DNA from: an uncultured Planctomycetaceae bacterium | GTDB taxonomy: Bacteria > Planctomycetota > Planctomycetia > Planctomycetales > Planctomycetaceae | Assembly (NCBI GenBank): GCA_963813715.1 | Contig: CAWFAK010000005.1 | Location: 928,001-992,000, forward strand | Direction of reading: 5' to 3' | Length of the DNA: 64,000 nucleotides | Program-made: the position numbers and the translations under genes | In this document: one piece after another, positions 45,723 through 56,200 of the stretch | How positions within the stretch are numbered: the stretch's first letter is position 1 | Layout of the letters: the number at the start of each line of letters is the position of its first letter | The notes under the pieces: model-generated | What the model saw: only the letters and a program-made list of their open reading frames with translations | Database searches by the model: none | What the model was told of the DNA's origin: nothing

Positions 45723-46983
45723 CTAGGGCGTTTCTTCAAGCACCCACTGCAGAACGGGATCGCGGCCCGCTTTGAAGTCTGCCCAAGTTGTCTCGATTTC
45801 CCGGTCCGGTCGGATCATGTTCTCGCCCGTCTCGACGAACTTATAGAAGCGAACCGAATAGCACAGCGTGAGATGGGAATTCGGCAGAGTGGTCGTCTTC
45901 ACTTCCTGATAGCTGTTTGGCTTCTCGCCGATCGGCAGGCCGACCAGCGTGGCCGCCGTCTTCTGGCGGAAATGGGCCGCGTTGGACATCGCTGCCGAAA
46001 AAGTGAAGGGACCGATCAGCACGAACAGATGACCTTTCCGGTTGATCTCCGTAAGATTTCGGATGCGGGTCACCATGCAGGCCAGGCCGACAAAGTAGTC
46101 ACCGCCGCCGTTTTGGCGTAGATCGATGACGAGCTTGTTGCGGCCGCTGTTTCTCAACGAGGTCAAACAGCCCGCGCGACTTTTGACGCAGGTCTTCGTA
46201 CGAGCGCCAATTGCAATAGACGGTGCGAGCTTCGGGCATCCACGTGTACCAAAACGTCTCGCCTCGATGCTCGCGAAATAACGGCGGTTTGGCGTAAGCC
46301 CACCGCGGGGCGGCGATCGGGCCCGAGCGCAACTCCAGGGAGGATTCCGTCCCCCGTTCGTCGACCAGTTTCAATTGGGCAGCGCCGGACGCGGGCGTGA
46401 TGTCCAAGCCGTGCAACAGCATTCCAGTCGGCATCCAAGCGGAGACCAGCGCCTCCCGATATTGGGGAGTCTCGTCCTGCGGCGTCACGGCAAAAATCAA
46501 GTCGTGGACTCGATCGATGGGCGTGCCGTTGATGGCGATCACGCGGCCGCCAACCGCCTTCGCAAACTCCGGCGCGGCACACACGACCCGGTACTCGCGG
46601 CCGAACCGCGAGACGCCCAAAGGAAAATCATCGCAGTCGGCAGGAAACCGGAGATAAGTGTGCCCGTCGCCGATCGAATTCACGATCCGCATCATGCCGA
46701 CATAGACGTGCGCCGCGTCGAACTGCGGCAACTTGCGATCGAGCTCGGCCACGGAAGCTGCGAACCGTTCCCGAGACGTGAAATGAAAAGCATTCGAGTG
46801 GCGTTTCGGTAGCTCAAGGGCAATGAACTGCAGGTCCTCCCGCCACTGCGCGGTGGAAAGCTGCAGCTTCTCCGGTTGGGCGGCCCGGGCGACAGAGGTA
46901 ACCAGGATCAGAGCGCACGCGGTGCAGAAAGGCCGCCCGCCGGTCAATCGTTTCGACGTGGAGCGCGCTCCTGGTTCGTGCAT
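45723..46983 (-). CDS. S41-family peptidase-like secreted protein (frameshift ~46150)
   Basis: WREDL, IGDGHT, VIDLRQNGGGD, TFSAA, GLPIGEKPN, PDREI, GRDPVL. Confidence 0.8.
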
Positions 46984-47281
46984 CAAACCACCTCGGCAAA
47001 CCGTTCTCAGTACAAACAAACACTGCTTGAGGGTCTTCGCTGTCGCCGCGGATTTCCTTGGGAATTCGGCGTAGGAAAAGAGGATTCTGCGACTGACGAG
47101 GGGCATCTGATACGGACACCTGCGGATTTCGCCAAAACTGTCCAACGCCAATCGAGACTGCTAGAATTCCCCGTTCTGCCGCTGCCTTCGCGGGCCGAGT
47201 GCCGGGCATCCCGAGCGCGCAAGCTGGGATCTGTTCGGCCCGCCTCGCACGCTAACCGTACCCGGAATTCCGAAGCATCGC

Positions 47282-48458
47282 ATGTCGTTTAGCGATCTGC
47301 CCCTCTCTTACTGCACCAACGTGCACCCAGGCCGCACGCTTGAGGAAATCGAAAAGGGGCTCGACCAGTACACCGTGCCCGTCGCTCACCAGTTGGGCAC
47401 GCCGCTGGCCGCGGGGTTGTGGCTTGCGGCACCCGTTATCCGCGAGCTGTCCGCCGCCCCCGATGCGGGTCGGCGGTTCGTGGACGGCTTGCGAAGTCGC
47501 GGACTGACGTGCCACACTCTGAACGCGTTTCCGTTCGGCGACTTTCACAGTCCGCGCGTGAAAGAGAACGTCTACGTGCCGAGCTGGGCTGAGCGCACCA
47601 GGCTCGAGTACACGTTGGGGGCGGCCCGCACGCTTGCCCAATTGCTCCCTGCGGACACCGAGGGCAGTATTTCGACCGTGCCATTGGGCTACCCGGGCCT
47701 GGATGCGTCGTCGGAGTTTCTGCCGCGCTGCATCGACCATTTGATTGCCGCGGCTGACGAATTGCAGCGAATTCAAGCCGACCGTGGCTGCACGATTCGC
47801 ATCGGACTCGAGCCGGAGCCGTGCTGCTGGCTCGACACGACGCCCAGCGCGATCGAGTTTTTCACGGGGCGGCTCTGGCCCGCCGCCCGCGAGCGTGGTT
47901 GCCTGGACGCCGTGCGCATGCACATCGGGTTGTGCTTCGACGTGTGTCATCAGGCGGTCGCGTTCGAGGACGTCGGCCGCTCGATCACCGCGCTCGATGA
48001 AGCGGGGATTCGGCTCAACAAGATCCACATTACCTGCGCGATTGAACTCCGCGATCCGGCGACCGACCGTGCGGCTCGGGAGGCGCTCGCCCGCTATGCC
48101 GAGCCCCGCTACCTTCACCAGACCAAGGCTCGCACGCCCGAGGGCCGCGTGTTGACGCAGTTCGATCTCGAAGCGGGCTTCGCCCTCGAGCCGCCGGCCG
48201 AGTTTCTGCAGGCGCCGCTTTGGCGGACGCACTTCCACGTGCCGGTCGACGCGGAACGCCTCGGCCCTCTCTGGACGACGCGGGCCGAGCTGCGGGCGGC
48301 CCTCGCCGCCGTCCGTGGCCTGTCCTACGCGCCGCATCTCGAGGTCGAGACGTACACCTGGGACGTTATGCCCGGTGCTGCCCCGCAGCGGCTCGTCGAC
48401 GGACTGAGAAGCGAATTGGCCGCGACGCAGAATCCTACTGGCCGAACTCTCGCGCTAA
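47282..48458 (+). CDS. eboE: EboE-family TIM-barrel (xylose isomerase-like) protein
   Basis: LSYCTNVHP, GLWL, TLNAFPFGDFH..VKENVY.P.W, LEPEP, CFDVCHQAV.FE, RYLHQ, WRTHFHVP, HLEVETYTW. Likely true stop TAA 48456-48458 after a 1-nt slip. Confidence 0.85.
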
Positions 48459-48696
48459 GGGCGGGGCGGTGCCGCGTGACCGGCCGCCACCGCCAGCCCT
48501 GGCACCGGCCGTAAGCTCCAACTCTTTTTGGGTTTAGGAAGCCGCGCGGGAGCCTCGGTGCTTAAAAGCTCCCGCCCAACGCGGCCCCGAAGAAGCTATC
48601 GGAGACGCGCCGTCGTGGTGGTGAGCCGGTCGGTCGCGCACTGCAATCGATCAGCGCCGGGTTAAGCCCGTCTTCTCAGTATTTCGGAATTCTGCT

Positions 48697-51675
48697 ATGC
48701 CACCGGCCCCTTCTGGCTCGACACCCCCCGTCACGACGGGATTCCGTCGACGCGGGACCGTCCCCGTCGAACGGTTTCTGAGATTTCCAGTTTCGGATCA
48801 TTCGGTTCGGATCAATCCAGTTCGGATTAAAGCTGTGAAAACACGTCCCCCCGCGGCCAACAACGTGTCCCGAGATGCTTCCGTTCCGGATTCGGCGCAC
48901 TCCGCAGACGAAGCTGCCGAGGGGGACGCCGCGGCCGGGGACGAGCGCGGCCCCGGTCTGTGGCACCACATGCGACGTCACTTGAGCCGGGACGGCGCGC
49001 AGCGAGTGGCCGGACATGCCGCCCGTTTGAGCCGTCATGGCTGGCGGCGGGTCTCGACAGCGGTCGCTACAGCAAATTCCGGTGGCCGCATCTCGCGGCC
49101 GGTCGGTGCCGTTTGGCAACGCGTCGCAAGAAGGCCGCCCGGCTCGAACGGTCCAACGGGCGAAAACCCGCACGCACACCGCAATCGCAGGCTGGCCTTT
49201 GATTTTGCGGTTTTGGCGGCGGCCGCCGCGCTCCTCTTGATGTTACATCATACGTTCCGTCCGCACGGTCGGCCTCGTCTGGCGACCGCCTTCGCTGCGA
49301 CGTCCGACCCGTCGGTCGATGCGGCATCGGCGCAAGCGCCTGCGGACGCGCCACCTCACCAGCATCGCCGACGCACACACCGGCCCGCGACTCCTCCTGT
49401 TGTGGCGGACGCACGCGCAATCGACACTCACGCCGGCGATCCGGTCGCGCTGGGTGACCCACATCATGACGCCGACACGCACAAGGCGATCGACGGCGGC
49501 GCAGATTTCGGCGATCACCCGGATGCCGGGCATCGCACCGATCATCCCATCGTTCCGCCCGTTGAAGTGTCCGGGAAGTCTCCCGCGCACGACACGATCG
49601 TTCACGAAACAGTGATCCACGAGACCGTGGTGCACGATGCCCCGCGGCAAAACATGGCACGGCACGACTTACCCGCGCACGACGGCCCCCCGCACGACTC
49701 CAAGGCGGCCGCGGATGCCGCGCTCGATAATCTGCTGTCGACACCCGTCGCTTCCGGTCCGTCGCACGGCAACGATGCCGCGGCGCCGATCGGGCAGAGC
49801 GAACCGCCCGTGTCGCACGACCTCGACAAGCGCGCTCACCCGCACCATGCCGACGATCCGCTCCTCGTCGATTCAAGGGAGCCCGGCGACCCGGCCGGCC
49901 ATGATCACGATCACCCCAAGAAAACGGTCGACGTCGGCGCGCCCTTGCCGGACGACTTCGCCGCGCCCATGCCGGCCAAGGCACCGGAAGAACACCATCA
50001 TGACCTGAAGGAACACGAACACGCCGGGCCGAAAGACCCGCCCAGGGACGAATTTGCCATGCCGGCCCCCGGCCCCGCGCCGGCGTCGGCCGCTCCGCTC
50101 GACGTGCCTCCGCCGAAAGAAAAAGACGACGTGCACCATCATTCGCATCACCCGGCCGACCACGGACCGGCTGATTCACCGTTTGGCGGCGAACCGAGTC
50201 CGACTCCGGGAAAGGATGCCGACGGGCTTCCGCCGAAACTCGACGCTCCGTCGCCCGACGCGAGCCATGGCCTGAAACCGGGCCCGGAGCACGCCGATCG
50301 CCCACACCACGACGATCCGCTGCTCGACGTCGGTCCCAAACTCGACGGTCCGCCCAAGGACGCGCCGCCGAAGGATGGCCCGGCTGGCCTGTCGCCCAAA
50401 TCGGCTGGCGACAAGATCGAGGTCAGCAAGCACGATCATCCGGACGACGGGCTCCCCGTTTTGAGCGTGCCGTCGCCGCACAAGCCTGAGGCCAAGCTGA
50501 ACGACGAACCTTCCAAGTCGGACGGACCGAAGATGGATGACCTGGGGCCGCCGACGCGGACCGCGAATGCGGTCGACGCCGTGCCTGGCGGCGGACTCGG
50601 GGACAATGGCGCGAAAAACCTGCCGCCGAAACCACCGGAGAGTCAAGCGCCTGCGGGTAACGACTCTTCACTCAACGATTTGCTCAACAGCAAAGTGCCG
50701 GCTCCGGGAAGCCCCAGCGCGGCCCCCGCCACCAAGCCGGCGCCGCCGACCGCGCCGGCCGCGGCTCCGAAAGAGGATCCGTTCCACACGGATTCCGCAC
50801 TTCCCGCTGACTCCGCGCCGCACGCCGTTGCGCCGCCAAAACAGGCGGAACCCGCGCCGGCCGAAAGCGTCGCTCCGACTGCAAAGCCGGCCGCCGAGCC
50901 AGCGCATCCCGTCGAAAGCGAGGATGCACTTCCGAGCGTGGCCGTGGCCCATCATCAGATCGAAAAGGACGAAACCGGCGCGTCGGTCCATTACAAGATC
51001 GTCGTTCGCAACAACGGCAAAAAGTCGGTGAAGTCCTTCGAGGTCGACGAGGCCGTGCCGGTCGATTACACGGTGCAAGTCACCGATCCGCCTGCCGAAA
51101 CGCGGTCTCAGGACCTGCATTGGACGCTGCACGACGTCGCACCAGGCGAGGAGCGGACGATTCTGATCACGCTCGCGCCTCCCGCGCGTCCGGTTGAAAC
51201 GCCGCTCGCCGCGCAGCCGGTTCCCATCGCGGCGGCCACGCGCGCGCCGGCGGCGAGCGACGCGCCCCAACTGAAACTCGAGCTGATCACCCCGGTGGAG
51301 GTGCACGTGGGCGAAACCTGCCGCATCGGTTTCCGGGCCACGAATCTGGGAGGCCAGACCACCGATCTCAAAGTGAACTTGGATCTTCCGCAGCAACTGC
51401 GCTACACGCGCGGCCAGCAGCTGCAGTACAAGATCATCGCGCTCGGCGATCACGAGGCTCGCGAGGATTATCTAACGGCAACTGCCACTGGAACGGGCCA
51501 GGTTGAGCTGCGGGCCGAGCTGCTGCACGCGGGGCACTCGATCGCCACGGCGAAGGGAACCTGTCACGTGGCCCCGGCCGGCGCGGCCAAAGGCGGCATC
51601 CAACAAACTGGCGCCTGGGTGCCGAGCGGGCCGACCCGGACGGCGAACGGATCCGACTGTCTGTGCTTGCCGTAA
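48697..51675 (+). CDS. Membrane-anchored His/Pro/Asp-rich disordered protein with two C-terminal DUF11-like Ig domains
   Basis: TM segment LAFDFAVLAAAAALLLML; long low-complexity region; YKIVVRNNG...WTLHDVAPGEERTI; VHVGETCRIGFRATNLG. Start uncertain. Confidence 0.65.
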   Translation: MPPAPSGSTPPVTTGFRRRGTVPVERFLRFPVSDHSVRINPVRIKAVKTRPPAANNVSRDASVPDSAHSADEAAEGDAAAGDERGPGLWHHMRRHLSRDGAQRVAGHAARLSRHGWRRVSTAVATANSGGRISRPVGAVWQRVARRPPGSNGPTGENPHAHRNRRLAFDFAVLAAAAALLLMLHHTFRPHGRPRLATAFAATSDPSVDAASAQAPADAPPHQHRRRTHRPATPPVVADARAIDTHAGDPVALGDPHHDADTHKAIDGGADFGDHPDAGHRTDHPIVPPVEVSGKSPAHDTIVHETVIHETVVHDAPRQNMARHDLPAHDGPPHDSKAAADAALDNLLSTPVASGPSHGNDAAAPIGQSEPPVSHDLDKRAHPHHADDPLLVDSREPGDPAGHDHDHPKKTVDVGAPLPDDFAAPMPAKAPEEHHHDLKEHEHAGPKDPPRDEFAMPAPGPAPASAAPLDVPPPKEKDDVHHHSHHPADHGPADSPFGGEPSPTPGKDADGLPPKLDAPSPDASHGLKPGPEHADRPHHDDPLLDVGPKLDGPPKDAPPKDGPAGLSPKSAGDKIEVSKHDHPDDGLPVLSVPSPHKPEAKLNDEPSKSDGPKMDDLGPPTRTANAVDAVPGGGLGDNGAKNLPPKPPESQAPAGNDSSLNDLLNSKVPAPGSPSAAPATKPAPPTAPAAAPKEDPFHTDSALPADSAPHAVAPPKQAEPAPAESVAPTAKPAAEPAHPVESEDALPSVAVAHHQIEKDETGASVHYKIVVRNNGKKSVKSFEVDEAVPVDYTVQVTDPPAETRSQDLHWTLHDVAPGEERTILITLAPPARPVETPLAAQPVPIAAATRAPAASDAPQLKLELITPVEVHVGETCRIGFRATNLGGQTTDLKVNLDLPQQLRYTRGQQLQYKIIALGDHEAREDYLTATATGTGQVELRAELLHAGHSIATAKGTCHVAPAGAAKGGIQQTGAWVPSGPTRTANGSDCLCLP

Positions 51676-51687
51676 GCGGACGTTGGC

Positions 51688-52875
51688 TTAACTTCCGGGA
51701 TCCCAGATCGTCGCGTCGATCGTCCGTTCGACGTGCGCAGGGTCGTGGAAGTAATAGATCGTGACGACTTTGCCGTCCGGCCGCTGCACGCTGCGGGGAT
51801 AGCCGAGATCCCGGCTGGCGCCGTCGCCGCGAAGCACGAACTGCCGACTCCATGAACGTCCGCCGTCGCTGCTCAAGCGGGCCTCCATCCGAAACGGCGG
51901 CTTGCGTACGCCGTAAGCCAGACATACCCGACCGTCTCGCAGACGAACGAGCGCGGGCGGATTCCCTTCGCCCAGATCAGGAGCCGCTCGATTGAGGAAC
52001 TGCCAGTGCACGCCGTCATCGGGTGAGCGCCAGGCGTCGATCCAGGCGTCGTGTTCCTGCGGGCCCTCTTCGCGGCGACGAATGGTGGTCAAAAGCTCGG
52101 TCGGCGAGAGGCGCACGGTCGAGGGCATGATGGCGTAACCGGTTGGCTCCGGCCCAATCTTCGAGACGAACTGCCATGTACGGGCGCCATCCGTCGTGCG
52201 AATGCAGATCGGTCGTCCCTCTTTGCCGTTTTGCTTGGAGGCGGTGACGAACATCAGGCAGTCGTGCGGCCCGTTTACGATGTAATCGGTACGGGCGGCG
52301 ATGCCTGTTTGGCCGCAGAGGGGCAGACGGAACGGTCCCTGCCAGGTGTGGGCCCGATCGACCGAGTAATAGAAACGGGATTGGCCGCCGTCGATGTTCG
52401 CCATCCGCGCGGTCAGGGCGAAGTTGGGATTCGTAAAATCGATGCCCCCGGGGCAGTCGATCGGCTCGCGCTCGTGCACGTCGTCGGGGAGCGTGCCGTG
52501 CCGCATTCCCTTGGTGCCGATGAGCACCCCCTGGCGCTCGGGATCCTCGAGCGACCAGGTGTGCCCCCCGTCGAGGCTGCGGGCCAGGATGTGCCGCTCA
52601 GGTTTGTTGTGGTCGATCGCATGGAAGCCCACGCCCCGATCCTGGTAATAGCCCACGCTGAAGCCGACGACGATCTCATTCCCCCAGGCCCAGATGCCAT
52701 GATTGGCGGGCCATCCGCCGAAGCGGCCGGGCTGAAAGTAGACAGTTGGCTGCTCAACGATCGCCGGCTGACCGGCATGGGCGGTTCCAATCGAGCAGAA
52801 AGTGTCCAATGCTAAGAAAGCAGCACAAAGAAACGCGAAGATTAGCGACACCCAGCTGGACCGAACGGTGTTCAT
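51688..52875 (-). CDS. Secreted sialidase-like / BNR (Asp-box) repeat protein
   Basis: Signal peptide; Asp boxes RSLDGGHTW, YSVDRAHTW, RTTDGARTW, RSPDDGVHW, LSSDGGRSW; DLGYP. Confidence 0.85.
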   Translation of the reverse strand: MNTVRSSWVSLIFAFLCAAFLALDTFCSIGTAHAGQPAIVEQPTVYFQPGRFGGWPANHGIWAWGNEIVVGFSVGYYQDRGVGFHAIDHNKPERHILARSLDGGHTWSLEDPERQGVLIGTKGMRHGTLPDDVHEREPIDCPGGIDFTNPNFALTARMANIDGGQSRFYYSVDRAHTWQGPFRLPLCGQTGIAARTDYIVNGPHDCLMFVTASKQNGKEGRPICIRTTDGARTWQFVSKIGPEPTGYAIMPSTVRLSPTELLTTIRRREEGPQEHDAWIDAWRSPDDGVHWQFLNRAAPDLGEGNPPALVRLRDGRVCLAYGVRKPPFRMEARLSSDGGRSWSRQFVLRGDGASRDLGYPRSVQRPDGKVVTIYYFHDPAHVERTIDATIWDPGS

Positions 52876-53210
52876 TTATGGAATCTCGCCTGCAAATTGA
52901 GCAGCGCCCGCAAATTCTATTTAGACGACGTAAGTCCTGAAAATCCACCCCGTTTGGTGGTTAGTTGCTTTCTAAAATCCGCATAAATCCCCTAATTTGA
53001 GGCTTCCAATCGCCTGAACGATCGGCCATGCTGGATCTGTCGTCGCGCCCTCTGCGGGCCCTCAAAGGATGCGCACCTCCCCGCTGGATCTGACTTCACG
53101 CGAGCTGGAAATCCCGTTTGAAACTGAGTGCATCTGCACCGACTTTTCGCACCCCCATGCGAAGGGTCTTGTGGCCGCAAAACGCTAAGACTGCGCCGGA
53201 GTGATCGACA

Positions 53211-56200
53211 ATGCGCTTGACCTCGTGGTTGGATTCTTTCGCCCTTAAAGCTCGGAAGTCCAGCGCCCGCCGCGCTCGCATGTCCGTCAGCGCCCGTCGC
53301 TCACGGCCGGCTGTCTGCCGACTCGCGGCCGCGGAACACCTCGAAGATCGTACGCTGCTTTCGGTCACGCCGGCAGCCACCGGCGTAGGAACGGGTACCG
53401 GTTCCGGCAGCGGGTCAGGATCAGGCTCAGGTTCAGGATCGGGTTCCGGCGGCACCACGGGCGGGTCGGGCGGTTCCACGTCGCCCACGCTCATCGTGAG
53501 TGCGGGACAGAACGCGGCAACCACGGTCAACGCAACGGCGATCCTGGCCGGCACGGTCACCTACAACGATCCGTCGGCCACGCAGCCGCTGACGACCACC
53601 TGGAGCATGGTCAGCGGTCCTGGCTCCGTTACCTTCGAGAAGCCCAACGCGCTCAACTCCAACGTCCTCTTCAGCACGCCGGGAACCTACGTGCTGCAGC
53701 TGTCGGCGACCGACGGTATCTTGTCGTCGCAGAGCCAGGTGAACATCCTGGTCACGCCGCCGACGGCCGACGCCCCGCCCATGGTGAGCGCGGGAGCCAA
53801 CCAGACGACCACCGTCGGCGCCACGCTCAACCTGAACGGCAGCGTCAGCGACGAAAACCCGCAGACTCCGCTCACCATCACATGGAGCCAAATCAGCGGT
53901 CCAGGAATCGCCAACGCTGCGTTCGCAAATCCGAACGTTGCTGCGACCACGGCGACCTTCAGCCAGGCCGGCACCTACGTGCTGAACCTCGTGGCCACCG
54001 ACGGCACGCTCGCTTCGAATTCGACGGTCATCGTCACCGTCAATCCGTCGACCGTAAACCCGGCTCCGGTCGTCTCGGCCGGACCGAACATGACCGTGCT
54101 GCAAAATTCGCTCGTGACCCTCAACGGCTCCGCGTCGACGTCGAGCGGCACGCTCTCGACCGTCTGGCAGGTCGCGAACGCTCCGGGCGGAACGTACTTC
54201 GTCAATCCGAACTCGCCGACCACGCAGGCTCAGTTCAGCACGCCCGGCATCTACCAAATTCGCCTGGTGGCGTCGAACGGAACCTACACCAACAGCAGCT
54301 ACACCACGATCACCGTGAATCCCTCGACCACGGTCGCCAGCAACTTCCAGCAGGGGACCAACGGTTACACCGGCGCGAGCGACTCGTACATCAGCTCGGC
54401 CAGCACGAACACGAATTACAGCACGAGCACCACTCTCAACGTCCGCTATAGCGCCTCTGAAGAGGCCCTGCTCGAGTGGAACCTGTCCTCGCTTGCCACC
54501 ACGAGCACGGTGACGTCGGCCACGCTGACGCTGGATGTGACGACCGCCGCCAGCGGCGTGACCTACAACATTTACGCCCTCACCGGCCCCTGGACCGCCA
54601 GCCAGGTCACCTACACCAGTTCCGCCACGGGAACGAAGTGGCCCACCCTGGGGGCCACCGGCACGTCGTCCGGTTCGACCGCCATCGGGAGCTTCACTGC
54701 CTCGTCGACCGGTTTGGTGACCGTCACGCTCAATTCGACGGGTGTCGCCCTCGTCCAGTCGTGGATCGCCAACCCGGCGACCAACTACGGAATGATCATC
54801 CGCGCCGCTTCCGGCACGACTCAGCTCAGCATCGCCTCGAGCAAGTTTGCGACGGTCGCCGATCGTCCGCAGTTGAGCATCTCGACGGTGGCCTCGACCG
54901 GTGCGACCTACTCGCCGCCGCCGATCACGAACCCGACGACTTCGGCCAACGCCGCGTTCATGGGCTTTGACGGCAAGCGCGACGGCTACATGGCGCCGAT
55001 CGGCTTGGACCTCGACACGCTGTACTTCCAGTATCAGCAATGGCAGCAGAACGGCAGCCAGGGGACCTTCACCTCGAATAATTCGTTGATCATCCTCAGC
55101 GGCAGCAATGTGCTGGTGAATGTGACGTCTTCGTTCAACGTCAGCTCACTCGTCACGACGTTGCAGAGCTACGGCATGCAGGTGACGGGCGTCGCCGGCC
55201 CGGACATTTCCGGCTGGATGCCCATCAACCAGTTGCCCAACCTGGCCACGGCCGGCGGACTGAACTTCGCCCAGCCGGCCAGCTATTACCTCGCCACTGC
55301 CCCGGCTGACTCGACGCAAGGCTCTGTGGCCATCGGGGCGGCCGCGGCGCAATCGCAATTCGGCGTCACCGGCACGGGCGTGACGGTGGGCGTGATCTCC
55401 GATAGCTACAACAGCTTGGGCGGCGCCGCGACCGACGTCACGAACGGCCAGTTGCCTTCGAATGTCGACGTCCTGCAGGACCTTCCCGCGGGCGCCGGCA
55501 CGGACGAAGGCCGCGCCATGCTGCAAATCGTCCATGCCGAAGCGCCGGGCGCCAACCTGGCCTTCGCCACCGGCGACTTGGGTGACGCGTCATTCGCTCA
55601 GAATATCGAGGCCTTGCAAAGCCAGGCGGGCGCGAACGTGGAAGTCGACGACCTCGGTTACTTCGACGAGCCCTTCTTCCAGGAAGGCATCATTTCGCAA
55701 GCCGTCGACTCAGTTGCGTCGAAGGGTGTCGCGTACTTCTCCGCGGCCGGCAATGACGGTCAGGGCCAGGCCTGGCAAGGTGCCTTCGTCAACTCCGGCC
55801 AGACCGGCCTGTTCTCGGGCGGCACGCTGAACACCTTCGGCACCGGCGCCAACGCCCAGTTCCAGCAAGTGACTATTCCGGTTGGCAGCGAGGTCACCCT
55901 CGACTTCCAGTGGAACCAGCCGTTCGCCTCGGCCGGCGGCGCCGGCTCCGCCAGTCAGATGGACATCTTCCTGCTCGACTCGCCGAGTCTGAGCGCGCTG
56001 AACCTCGTCGGTGAGGGCGTCAATAACAGCGTCGGCGGCGACGCCATCCAGTTGGTCAGCTTCTTCAACGACGGCAGTTTCGGCACCTCGACGTTCTACA
56101 TCGCCATTGAGCACGACTCGGGCCCCACGCCGACCGTCATGAAGTACATCGGCTTGACAGACGGTCTGCCCTTCCAGATCGATACATTTAACACTCAGAC

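Noticed and set aside
53383..53478. Phase-variable microsatellite
   Set aside because: Units are in-frame and synonymously diverged, consistent with a plain Gly-Ser linker.
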